A DNA stretch of 44,656 bases from Octopus bimaculoides (lineage: Eukaryota): NCBI RefSeq assembly GCF_001194135.2, contig NC_068981.1:195754955-195799610 (forward strand). Direction: 5' to 3'. A model generated the notes under the pieces. It was not told the DNA's origin and ran no database searches. It saw nothing but the letters and a program-made list of their open reading frames with translations. Positions 25,030 through 36,662 of this stretch are shown piece after piece. Each line of letters begins with the position of its first letter. The stretch's first letter is position 1. A program made the translations under genes and the position numbers.

Positions 25030-25106
25030 GGACGGGCATTTGGCGTAGTGGTTAAGAGCGCAGGCTACTAACCCCAAGATTCCGAGTTCGATTCCAAGCA
25101 GTGACA
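25030..25106 (+). promoter_or_regulatory. tRNA-derived internal Pol III promoter (tRNA-Arg(ACG)-like), not a tRNA gene
   Basis: A-box TGGCGTAGTGG and B-box GTTCGATTCC; GGCTACTAACCCCAAGATTCCGAGTTCGATTCC resembles the anticodon-to-T-arm region of tRNA-Arg(ACG); acceptor stem does not pair. Confidence 0.7.
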
Positions 25107-25280
25107 TGTGTAATAATAATTAATAATGATAATATTAATAATAATAATAATAATAATGATAATAAATAATAATGATAATAATTAATAATGATAATAATAA
25201 TAATAATGATTAATAATAATAATGATTAATAATAATAATTAATAATAATAATAATAATTAATAATAATAATATTAGTAAT

Positions 25281-25318
<38 letters not shown>

Positions 25319-25366
25319 CCGAAAAATACCTTAGGAATGAGAACCCAGGTTCGAAATTTCCCCAAC

Positions 25367-25393
25367 ACACTTGATGAAGCCGAAACGTTGTGT
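25367..25393 (+). ncRNA. Degenerate hammerhead motif in the right arm
   Basis: ACAC-UUGAUGA-AGCC-GAAA-CG-UU/GUGU. C3U substitution, and stem II deleted relative to the left arm. Confidence 0.5.
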
Positions 25394-26873
25394 AAACAAC
25401 AAGATGAGAACAAATATCCGTCAAACGTAAATAATGTAAATAATGTACAATTGTTTTGATTTCTCCGATGTGTATCTTCTTTGCCAATATACAGTAGTGA
25501 ATGTTAAGCTTCCACATACACGCATGCACACACATATGAATATGTGTTAGTGTGCGATTGAGTTCTGGGCATCTGTGCAGCTCAAAATCTACCCACACAA
25601 GTTTAGTCTACATGAAGCTATGGTAGACAAGCTTTTCAAATGTGTTACGTTGCAGATTCTAATCTAGAATAAATGCATATAAATATACACGAATGGCGAA
25701 ATATTTATCTTCTAACGACTAGATATCTAAATTTGAATACAAATATACTTTTCATTTATTTTTACTGTTGAACTGTTTTCTATGTGTTTAAATGAATAAT
25801 TAGAAAACACGTGATACAAATTCTAATTCTTGCACGAAGGCATCTGAGTATATTTTCCTAAACTCATACATATTCTACACCATGAATTTCTCCCGACCAC
25901 AACACGTCAAATTTTCGTCTGTGTATCGTTGAAAACCTGATAAACTGCGGTATTCAATCCTACACTCTTATGGAGGTAAAGTGCCCAAAACACACCGATA
26001 TATATCAATAGTAGACGAAAATTGTCAAGCAGCGACGATTACATTGTCAAACGTGCATTTCTGTCAAATGCGCTTCGCCACTATGGCAACAATATGCTAA
26101 GACACAATCAACCGCTACTTATGTATGATAGTTTATCGTCGACGACTGGTATATTTTTGCGTTTTTAAGAGTCTACGTCTATAAGATACAGAAACTCAGT
26201 ACGAATATCTGCAATAAACATGATACAGAGATTGCTATTTTGATGTGATACGGCTTCTGTTACGCATAACGAAAAAGCTAAACATTATACTGTATGTCGG
26301 TAGGATCATTATGCTAATAAGAAACACGCACTGGTTCTATTTCAAGTCTTTATTTGAAATCGAAACGGTATGTTTTTGATGAAATCGCGAATGATGAGGA
26401 AAAGACTCTGACAAGCCTGATTGATTGATTGACTAACTGGTCACACAATCAACCGGTTAATTGGTTAAATACTTAAAGAATTGACAAATAAAAGATACAG
26501 AAGTGAAATGGAATCAGTGCGTGTGCTTCATATTGCTATAATGACGCACACGAAATACAGAAAATGCTTCAACACAAGACGTTGCATCAAGAACCTTGCA
26601 AACCAAACACAAAAACGAAATATTCTAAACTAACCTCACTAAAAAGATATAAGGTGTTTGACGAAACTCGAGTCAGAGCAAAGAATTGGAATCGATATTT
26701 ATTTCGTGTGTGTACCGTCTGTTTATTTTTGATGGCACCACAAGTTGTAGTAAAAAAATAAATATATTTATTTGTGTATAAATATATTTCTATGGATACA
26801 TACAGGCACACACATACACACACACACATATATACACACACGTATATATACTTAAATATTATATATATGTATA

Positions 26874-26935
<62 letters not shown>

Positions 26936-26968
26936 TATATTGTTTACTGAATCTCCAGTATTTTTGCT

Positions 26969-27007
<39 letters not shown>

Positions 27008-27557
27008 CGGGAGAGGTTCTTTAAAAGAAATATATATATGTCTATGCTTATGTGCGCATGTGTGTCAATATTATTTTTTAAATAAATCCGGGTATATATA
27101 CGTGTATTTGCATACATTTGTATGGGTGTTTGTGTATAGAAGTTCTTAGACGTTTGGCAATGTAAGATTGCAATCTTTTGTAAAAAAAAAAAGAAAAATG
27201 GAATGCTGTAGCTGCAAAAACCAAACATTTAAACGCACGCTCACGCGCACACACTTACACACTGGCTCGCAAATACTTACAGACACTTGAATACATGTGT
27301 AAATACGCCGCAACCCAGGTAACCCGTGGTCATTCGAAAAACCCAGTAGTGAAAAAGAAAAAAACAAAAAAAATGAAGTTCTCGATCTGTTAGAGAGATA
27401 GAGGAGAATGGGGCTGAGAGAGCGTGAAGAAGAGCGAACAGCGACTATTTCAGATGGAGGTGATAACACAGAGAAAGAAAATAAACAGCACACTTGTATA
27501 TAGACAAGCTTGCATTCATACACATACATATACATATGTATAGGCATATAAATATCT

Positions 27558-27590
<33 letters not shown>

Positions 27591-28327
27591 TACACATGAT
27601 TGTAAACACATTCACTCATACACACAGATGTTCACAAACGCACGGTCAGACATACGTACGTATGTTCACAAACGCAGTTAAGGGCACTAACGCACATATG
27701 TCTATTAAAAGACACACTGCTATATGTGTATGCACTGGAGCTTCTGCGTATGTGTACATATGGATACACACACGCATGTATACACGTATATTTATGTGTG
27801 TGTATATATATATATATGCTCGCATAAATAAACATATACATAAAAACAGAGACACCTATACATACAAGCAAAGACACTAATACACACAAAGAATCATATA
27901 TGAACGCTGCATATATAACAACGCATATATATATATACACACACACACAAATATAAGCAAATGCACACATATCCTTTGCCATGCTTTCGCACACATGTAC
28001 AGACACGTCTGCATACACGCATGCACAGGTACCTACATATATACAATCACGCATAGATACATATATTCATACATACTTTTTCCTACTCTCTTCCACACAA
28101 GAGCCAACTTTTTTGTTAAAAATACCTTTATCACCACCGGAGTTATCCTTATAGATGAGGATGGAGTCAGGCAAACATCGCTGGTCGGAGTCAGTTGGTT
28201 TGTAAGAATTGACGATTGTTACGCTTCACTTTCAGCAACTTTGCAGGAAAGATATTTTCAAACCAGTTCATTTTCACTTTTCTCTTTGAAATATATCGAT
28301 ATATGAAGTTGCTGCTAATCACTAACC

Positions 28328-28490
28328 TTTTAGGGGTGGAAATTCAGTCGTCGATTAAATTGACCCCAGTAATTCACTGGTATTTATTACATTGTCATCA
28401 GAAAGATGAGAAACGAAGTTAATCTCGTCGATTTTTGCACTCAAAAAATTAAGATGCACCTAAATACAGCAATGCATTTTATCCGACATC
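28328..28490 (-). mobile_element. SINE family C, old diverged copy
   Basis: GTCGATTAAATTGACCCCAGTAATTCACTGGTA...GAAAGATGAGAAACGAAGTTAATCTCG aligns to the reverse complement of the family C body. Confidence 0.6.
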
Positions 28491-29271
28491 CACATTGATT
28501 AAATTTACGTTGGCAAGAATAAAACCGCCCCTCAGTCGTTTTAACTTAAGCCATGACTTGAAGCAGAATGACTAGATGTCTGTATATCACAGCCAGACGA
28601 CATGACGATGGCCAGAGCTCACGAACAGTCGATCTGGCAACAACACTCCATCTGACACATAATGACAGCTACTCGACAAAAGCCCACAAGCTAGTCACCA
28701 GCTGGCTTGGCTCTGGTTGTTGGTAGTTATTTCATTCTCCGCTGCATTCTAACTGCGTTGGGCTCGTCACATCTCAATGTCTACTTCTCAGTTTTAAGTG
28801 CCTTGGGTCTGTTCCAACGAAAGATGTAGAGATAGTTAGATAAAAATCAGTGCGTTTAACTTAAACCCCTGAATTATTTGTACTTCATCGCATATTACGA
28901 AAGAAAAGAGAAACAGTTCGAGAGATGAACATATTTCCTAAAAATAGTGAATGAATAAAATTTGTTTTTCAGCGCAAATTACAACTACGTTTTAAAAACT
29001 GAATTTGTAGTGAAGTAGAAACTCCTAGATTGCTGTCCACCATACGCTACGTCCAAATTATGTACAAGTAAGAAAATGCTGATCTTCAATAACATTAGCA
29101 ATTACGGAAATTATCTTAAAACAATATCGGAAAATTTTACAAAATGCCAGCACTTTCATACATACCTGTTAAGCTTTTCGAAATACAGGTTGTGACAGAA
29201 AAATATTCCACTCTTATTTCGATTCATACTAGCGAGTAAAGTTAAGCAGGTGATAACGGTGTCTTCGTGTA

Positions 29272-29392
29272 GACTTTGCCTTTCACCCTTTCGGGCTCGA
29301 TAAATTAAGTACCAGTTTCGTACTGGAGTCAATCTAATCGACTGGTCCCTTCCCCATACATTTCAGGCCTTCTGATTAGAGCAGAAAAGAAT
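29272..29392 (+). mobile_element. SINE family C, 5'-truncated
   Basis: GACTTTGCCTTTCACCCTTTCGGGCTCGATAAATTAAGTACCAG...CTAATCGACTGG...CAGGCCTT...AGAAAAGAAT. Confidence 0.8.
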
Positions 29393-29800
29393 GTTTACCG
29401 TTTCTTCTTTTAGTACCATCGTTGTTTTAATCGGCACACACGTTGCATTTGCAGGTGAAACGGCTGTCAGCTTATAAAATGTAAGAGTCTTTCGGCCTCA
29501 CCTTGTTCATACTAGTCTCCGTTAAACCAAAACACCATTTAGCTATCATACATTTAAATTTTATTCATTTCCTTTAACATGCAGCCTCTCCTCAATACAC
29601 GAGACGTTATTTTCCAAATCTCCGACATGTTTGTTTTGTTTGTATTTTCCCTGAACTAAGGATAAACTTAGAACTTCTAGATATTTTAATGACATTCGAA
29701 TTTTTCTGTCACCCTAATTTTCTCTTGAGGGATTTTATAAAAAAATCTAAGGAAATGTGACCAGTTCATACAAAAAGTTAAGTAATATTGCTTAATTTAA

Positions 29801-29976
29801 AGCGGCGAAATGCTTAGCGGTATTTCGTCTGTCTTTACGTTCTGTGTTCAAATTCAGCCGAAGTCGACTTTTGCCTTTCGGGGTCGATAAATTAAGTACC
29901 AGTTGCGTACTAGGGTCGATTTAATCGACTGGCCACCTCCCCCTAAAATTTCGAGCTTGTCCCTAGAGTAGAAAAA
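29801..29976 (+). mobile_element. SINE family C with head deletion and 17-bp TSD
   Basis: Body matches 9218-9440; AATATTG(C/T)TTAATTTAA at 29784-29800 and 29977-29993. Confidence 0.85.
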
Positions 29977-30501
29977 AATATTGTTTAATTTAATCTCATT
30001 TCTTTTCTAAGACTTCTTGGTGACTTCGTATAAGTTAGAAATATTTTGTTGTTCAACGATTGACAGGGCTTTTTAAAACTTTACCATGAACATAATATTA
30101 ATAAGTTGTAAATTCTTAAGTTAACTGCGCTAATTTTTATTTTGCAATTGTTCCGAATATTCTCCTTTTGTTCGTATGATTTCATATATAGAATATACAT
30201 GGATACATATATACATGCTTACGTATATGTAAGTAGGTTTAAAATCAATTCTGTGTCCACTTGAAGCACGTCTGCTTGCTCCAGTATGTAGTTGTTACAT
30301 TTAAGTGAGTTACGCATTAGACTTGAAAATTCTTGAAATATTGTCTGGAGAATAAATATACATTAAAACAGGAAGTTGGAAAAAACCTTTTGTATTATTT
30401 ATTCACCGTTACACATGTTTCATTTCCTAATAGGAACTACAAAATTGTACATGTAGAATAAACATGTAAGAAATTTCCTATCAAAAACTTTTCAGACACA
30501 G

Positions 30502-30535
<34 letters not shown>

Positions 30536-30603
30536 TATATACACACATATACACGCACATACACACTTATACACGCACATACACACGCATATATGTGCAT
30601 ATA

Positions 30604-30639
<36 letters not shown>

Positions 30640-30885
30640 GCATCAGAATAATTCAATGGCCGTTAGTATTTGGCTGATGTTTAAGCACTTAACCTTAATT
30701 GACCATTCTGTGTCCAATATATCATGTTGAAGAACAATGACAACTTAATGACATGAGGGTTTATATTTTATCGTTATCGCAGCCAAATTCCCAAACCCGA
30801 CGTCAAATATCGCTGATGATGTATATTATCAATCAATTTTGATTTATATTTAAACTAATTATTAAATTTGACATTAAAACGTTTT

Positions 30886-30944
<59 letters not shown>

Positions 30945-31803
30945 ATGAATAAACAGAATAGATGAATAGACAGACAGACAGAAACAGACAGACCAACTGG
31001 CAGACAGGCAGATAGGCAGACAGACAGACCGACGGGCATATATANNNNNNNNNNNNNNNNNNNNNNNNNNNNNNNNNNNNNNNNNNNNNNNNNNNNNNNN
31101 NNNNNNNNNNNNNNNNNNNNNNNNNNNNNNNNNNNNNNNNNNNNNNNNNNNNNNNNNNNNNNNNNNNNNNNNNNNNNNNNNNNNNNNNNNNNNNNNNNNN
31201 NNNNNNNNNNNNNNNNNNNNNNNNNNNNNNNNNNNNNNNNNNNNNNNNNNNNNNNNNNNNNNNNNNNNNNNNNNNNNNNNNNNNNNNNNNNNNNNNNNNN
31301 NNNNNNNNNNNNNNNNNNNNNNNNNNNNNNNNNNNNNNNNNNNNNNNNNNNNNNNNNNNNNNNNNNNNNNNNNNNNNNNNNNNNNNNNNNNNNNNNNNNN
31401 NNNNNNNNNNNNNNNNNNNNNNNNNNNNNNNNNNNNNNNNNNNNNNNNNNNNNNNNNNNNNNNNNNNNNNNNNNNNNNNNNNNNNNNNNNNNNNNNNNNN
31501 NNNNNNNNNNNNNNNNNNNNNNNNNNNNNNNNNNNNNNNNNNNNNNNNNNNNNNNNNNNNNNNNNNNNNNNNNNNNNNNNNNNNNNNNNNNNNNNNNNNN
31601 NNNNNNNNNNNNNNNNNNNNNNNNNNNNNNNNNNNNNNNNNNNNNNNNNNNNNNNNNNNNNNNNNNNNNNNNNNNNNNNNNNNNNNNNNNNNNNNNNNNN
31701 NNNNNNNNNNNNNNNNNNNNNNNNNNNNNNNNNNNNNNNNNNNNNNNNNNNNNNNNNNNNNNNNNNNNNNNNNNNNNNNNNNNNNNNNNNNNNNNNNNNN
31801 NNN

Positions 31804-31854
<51 letters not shown>

Positions 31855-32064
31855 CATATATATACATATATATATATGTACATACATAGATATATTTATG
31901 TGTTAATGCATGAATATATGTGTGTATGTGTGTATGTGTGTGTGTTTTGTGTATTGTATATAACATTCCAAATACATAAGAATACAAAATATATATCGTC
32001 AAACATTACGTTATACATATATAGACACATAATATGTATCTATAATTGTGTGTATGTGCATATG

Positions 32065-32095
<31 letters not shown>

Positions 32096-32260
32096 ATGTA
32101 TGTATGTATGTATATGTATATGTGTGTGTGTGTGCGTGTGTGCGTGTGTGCGTGTGTGCGTGTGTGTATATGCCTATATATATATATTTATATATATATG
32201 TTTATAGACACACATATACGCTTACTCACGCTCAAAACATATTTTATGATCATACATAAA

Positions 32261-32292
<32 letters not shown>

Positions 32293-32297
32293 GTGTG

Positions 32298-32332
<35 letters not shown>

Positions 32333-32954
32333 GTTTGTATTCTCCTGACAGCATCAAGCGCAAAAGAATAATAAAAAAAGAAAAACAAAATAGAAGAAGA
32401 AAAAAAAAGAAAAGTAAAAATGTAAAGCAATCTGTAAGTTATGAAGAAAGAAGTTATTTCATTACTAGAATTAGTATAAGGAATAAGAAATGGGGACGGT
32501 GTTTGAACCAGAGAGGAGGAAAGGCAGAGAGGAGGAAAGGCAGAAAGCTAGAGACAGAGGGAGAGAGAGAGAAAAGTGAGAGTGAGTGAGTGATTGAGAG
32601 AAGGAGATTAGCCGACAAAACGAACTGTTAAAGATTATGCTTTAGTCTTGTTGATAGCGCAGATTGGTGAAGAGTTAAAGCAAAAGGATATCTGGAGAAA
32701 CATCAAACGTAATCGGAGAAAAACTGTGAAAGAAAGAATGGAAGAAACAGAAGAAGTAAAAATTTGGAGGAAAACCAGTGGAAATAAGCTGCAATATTTG
32801 GCATTCTAATTATTGATTAACGAAATGGAGGAAAATACAGATGCATTGCAGAGGAGGATATAATGTGTTATTACTTGAAGAAACCGTAGGACTAATAGTT
32901 ATAGACACAGTACACACGATGTGCGATCATAAATATAACAAATCCATAAATTAC

Positions 32955-33020
<66 letters not shown>

Positions 33021-34049
33021 GTATATATATAGACACAAATAAGAGGAATGACCAGCAAAAGTGGACTCCTATGTGCTAGAAATAGATGCCGAATCATCTA
33101 ACGACGAAAAAAACATGTTCTCAGTAACAATTTAGCGACACAACAGACTGTAAAAGGGCAAGACAAATGAAAAAATACTAGATAAATTATGTAATTAAAA
33201 TTTACATAAGTAAATATCTGCAAGGATATAATATTAATATAATTTTAATCTTCAGATTTTTTTAATATGCTAGACCACTGGTTTTAATTGATTAATATCA
33301 ATTTCTACCCTCATTAATAAATTGCATATATATATATGTATACATGTATGTATATANNNNNNNNNNNNNNNNNNNNNNNNNNNNNNNNNNNNNNNNNNNN
33401 NNNNNNNNNNNNNNNNNNNNNNNNNNNNNNNNNNNNNNNNNNNNNNNNNNNNNNNNNNNNNNNNNNNNNNNNNNNNNNNNNNNNNNNNNNNNNNNNNNNN
33501 NNNNNNNNNNNNNNNNNNNNNNNNNNNNNNNNNNNNNNNNNNNNNNNNNNNNNNNNNNNNNNNNNNNNNNNNNNNNNNNNNNNNNNNNNNNNNNNNNNNN
33601 NNNNNNNNNNNNNNNNNNNNNNNNNNNNNNNNNNNNNNNNNNNNNNNNNNNNNNNNNNNNNNNNNNNNNNNNNNNNNNNNNNNNNNNNNNNNNNNNNNNN
33701 NNNNNNNNNNNNNNNNNNNNNNNNNNNNNNNNNNNNNNNNNNNNNNNNNNNNNNNNNNNNNNNNNNNNNNNNNNNNNNNNNNNNNNNNNNNNNNNNNNNN
33801 NNNNNNNNNNNNNNNNNNNNNNNNNNNNNNNNNNNNNNNNNNNNNNNNNNNNNNNNNNNNNNNNNNNNNNNNNNNNNNNNNNNNNNNNNNNNNNNNNNNN
33901 NNNNNNNNNNNNNNNNNNNNNNNNNNNNNNNNNNNNNNNNNNNNNNNNNNNNNNNNNNNNNNNNNNNNNNNNNNNNNNNNNNNNNNNNNNNNNNNNNNNN
34001 NNNNNNNNNNNNNNNNNNNNNNNNNNNNNNNNNNNNNNNNNNNNNNNNN

Positions 34050-34183
34050 GTATGCTTGTCAAGAGCAGGGCTCATGAGCCACCAATGGAGCCGCAAATGC
34101 AAAATATAAGTTAGTCCTAGAGCGCACAATGTTCCTGAAGGTCGGCAATGGTTTTCCTCGGTCACGACTGGACGGCCATCATC
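34050..34183 (+). mobile_element. Possible RTE-like LINE 3' end
   Basis: GC-richer island ending in a stem-loop-like GGTCACGACTGGACGGCCATCATCAT then microsatellite. Family call is from recollection only. Confidence 0.35.
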
Positions 34184-34525
34184 ATGTGTGCGTATACATA
34201 TATATGTATACATGTATGTATATATATAGATATATATAAACAATATATGAGTATATGCATATATATGTAAATGTATGTATATACGTTCATCTACATGTAC
34301 ATATAGATACATAACTGGGTACATGACGTGGCAAAAGAACAAGGACAAAATGGTAAACAAGGTGCAACAAACAATCAGGCCACATAGAAACATCCCCTTC
34401 ATCATAGATATATATATATACATACATAAGTGTCAGGGTAATATTTGCCCAAAAGACTGACAAATTTTCCTTGCATGGAATTTTTGGCTGTTTTTTAAAT
34501 TCTTTTTTTAAAAATTTTTTATAAA

Positions 34526-34608
34526 TCTTACCCTGATGAGATTCATATCCGTAAACATGAATTTTTTATACATTTATTATTGGGTATGAATCAAAACACA
34601 CTGTAGGA
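34526..34608 (+). ncRNA. Decayed type-I hammerhead-like motif with 11-bp stem II
   Basis: UCUUACC-CUGAUGA-GAUUCAUAUCC(31 nt)GGGUAUGAAUC-AAAA-CACAC-UGUAGGA. G12 appears mutated to A and the cleavage triplet is lost. Confidence 0.5.
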
Positions 34609-35925
34609 CAAATATTTGTCTTTGTATATTTATTCATCATATTGTATTATAGAACAATTATATTATAATGATAAATAAATTAAATTTATAATATCTCAAT
34701 CGTATATCTCTATTTCCTTTTAATCTTTCTATATTGAAAATATACCCTTTTGAGTTGTGATAAGTTTTTGTCTGCCAATATTGGGTATTTAACTGAAGAA
34801 CCAGTGGAAAATTAGATGTTTTCCATCCCTTGTAAAGATATATATATANNNNNNNNNNNNNNNNNNNNNNNNNNNNNNNNNNNNNNNNNNNNNNNNNNNN
34901 NNNNNNNNNNNNNNNNNNNNNNNNNNNNNNNNNNNNNNNNNNNNNNNNNNNNNNNNNNNNNNNNNNNNNNNNNNNNNNNNNNNNNNNNNNNNNNNNNNNN
35001 NNNNNNNNNNNNNNNNNNNNNNNNNNNNNNNNNNNNNNNNNNNNNNNNNNNNNNNNNNNNNNNNNNNNNNNNNNNNNNNNNNNNNNNNNNNNNNNNNNNN
35101 NNNNNNNNNNNNNNNNNNNNNNNNNNNNNNNNNNNNNNNNNNNNNNNNNNNNNNNNNNNNNNNNNNNNNNNNNNNNNNNNNNNNNNNNNNNNNNNNNNNN
35201 NNNNNNNNNNNNNNNNNNNNNNNNNNNNNNNNNNNNNNNNNNNNNNNNNNNNNNNNNNNNNNNNNNNNNNNNNNNNNNNNNNNNNNNNNNNNNNNNNNNN
35301 NNNNNNNNNNNNNNNNNNNNNNNNNNNNNNNNNNNNNNNNNNNNNNNNNNNNNNNNNNNNNNNNNNNNNNNTATATATATATATATATATATATATGGAG
35401 AGAGTGCAAAAAGTGAAGGGAAGAAACAAAGGGTGAATGAACGTGAAAACGAGGCTTGCAAATACCGTGAACCAGCATTCGTTCAAATATATATAACTTT
35501 GAAGACTCGACTGTATTCTTTTTGAGCGTTTTGTGTTTCGTCTGGAATAATAACGCTTCTAAATCTATAATCAATAAAAGAGCTTCTCTGGCCCATCATC
35601 AGAATGAAATGGTAATCGTCACGTGTTGTTGGCGCGTTTTGCAGTCGACAGCAAAGTAATCATGGAAATGATGTTGTCATTGATAAAATCCTTATCGCCT
35701 AATTTGAAATTGTTTTTTGGCTCTCTTCATTTTATTTCCATGTTGTATATCACATATATTCTATTAACATAGTGAACTTCGAAAAATCTCTCAGATCAAC
35801 AAAACATACTTGTGAGATGACTGTTCCAGTAATTAATTGATTAGTTTAAAAATTGATTGCCCGATTGCTGTGTAGAAATCACTGCATGGGCATGGTAAAG
35901 AGTTACGCAAGCGTTTTGTGATGTA

Positions 35926-36140
35926 TTCTTCTTTTATTCTTTTACATGTTTCTGTCATCTGACTGCGGCCATGCTGGAGCACCGCCTTTAATCGAACAGA
36001 TCGACCCCAGGACTTTTTCTTTGTAAGCCTAATACTTGTTCTATCGGTCTCTTTTGCCGAACTGCTAAGTTACGGGGACGGTTGTCAAGCGATGGTGGAG
36101 GGACACACACACAAACACAAACACACACACACACACACTC
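35926..36140 (-). mobile_element. SINE family A, 3' half of an interrupted minus-strand copy
   Basis: Same 3'-half sequence as 22524-22733 with a small internal deletion, then (CA)n. Confidence 0.85.
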
Positions 36141-36174
36141 AAAAATACACACACACAAATACATATACATGTAT

Positions 36175-36506
36175 CCACTGCGTGGCATCTTGAGCAAGTG
36201 TCTTCCACCGTAGCCTCGGGCCGACTAAAGCCTTGTGAGTGGATTTGGTAGACGGAAACTGAAAGAAGTCCATCGTATATATATACGTGTGTATGTGTGT
36301 GTGTTTGTTTATCTGTGTTTGTCACCCCCACCATCGCTTGACAACCTATGTTGGTATGTTTACATCCCGTAACTTAGCGGTTCGGCAAAAGAGACCGATA
36401 TAATAAGTACTGGGCTTACAAAAAATAAGTCCTGGGGTTGATTTGTTCCACTAAAGTCAGTGCTCCAGCATGGCCGCAGTCAAATGACTGAAACAATTAA
36501 AGGAAT
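36175..36506 (+). mobile_element. SINE family A, 5'-truncated copy nested in the opposite orientation
   Basis: CCACTGCGTGGCATCTTGAGCAAGTGTC...linker...CCAGCATGGCCGCAGTCAAATGACTGAAACAATTAAAGGAAT. Confidence 0.85.
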
Positions 36507-36524
36507 TACATATATATATATATA

Positions 36525-36662
36525 CGACGGGCTTCTTTCAGCTTTCGTTTACCAAATCCACTCACAAGGTTTTGGTCGGCCCGAGGTTCTACGCAGTGGG
36601 ACTGAAAGCGGAACCATGTGGCTGGAAAGCAAGCTTCTTACCACACAACCACTCCCCCGCCT
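36525..36662 (-). mobile_element. SINE family A, 5' half of the interrupted minus-strand copy
   Basis: Reverse complement AGGCGGGGGAGTGGTTGTGTGGTAAGAAGCTTGC...; small internal deletion. Confidence 0.85.

Larger units (their letters stand above)
24820..25448 (+). mobile_element. Composite non-autonomous retroelement: inverted partial copy, tRNA-like head, (AAT)n and hammerhead-bearing PLE-like tail, with 12-bp TSD
   Basis: 24845-25019 is the reverse complement of about 25300-25448; AATTGTTTTGAT at 24808-24819 and 25449-25460; A/B boxes at 25041-25051 and 25086-25095; hammerhead cores in both arms. Confidence 0.8.

Noticed and set aside
25030-25106. tRNA gene (apparent anticodon ACT)
   Set aside because: The acceptor stem does not pair and the sequence is the head of a TSD-flanked repeat.
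25900-26760. Unique, relatively CpG-retaining stretch as a promoter
   Set aside because: Only isolated motif matches; no linked exon or TSS evidence.
28155-28201. 47-nt AG...GT-bounded micro-exon candidate
   Set aside because: Weak polypyrimidine tract and unrecognised peptide; expected by chance at this window size.
34321-34405. PLE-like repeat ending CCCCTTCATCA as a fifth hammerhead
   Set aside because: Truncated by a (TA)n tract before the core is complete.
35570-35605. CUGAUGA on the minus strand (35596-35602) with a GGGC/GCUC stem
   Set aside because: No GAAA after the stem.
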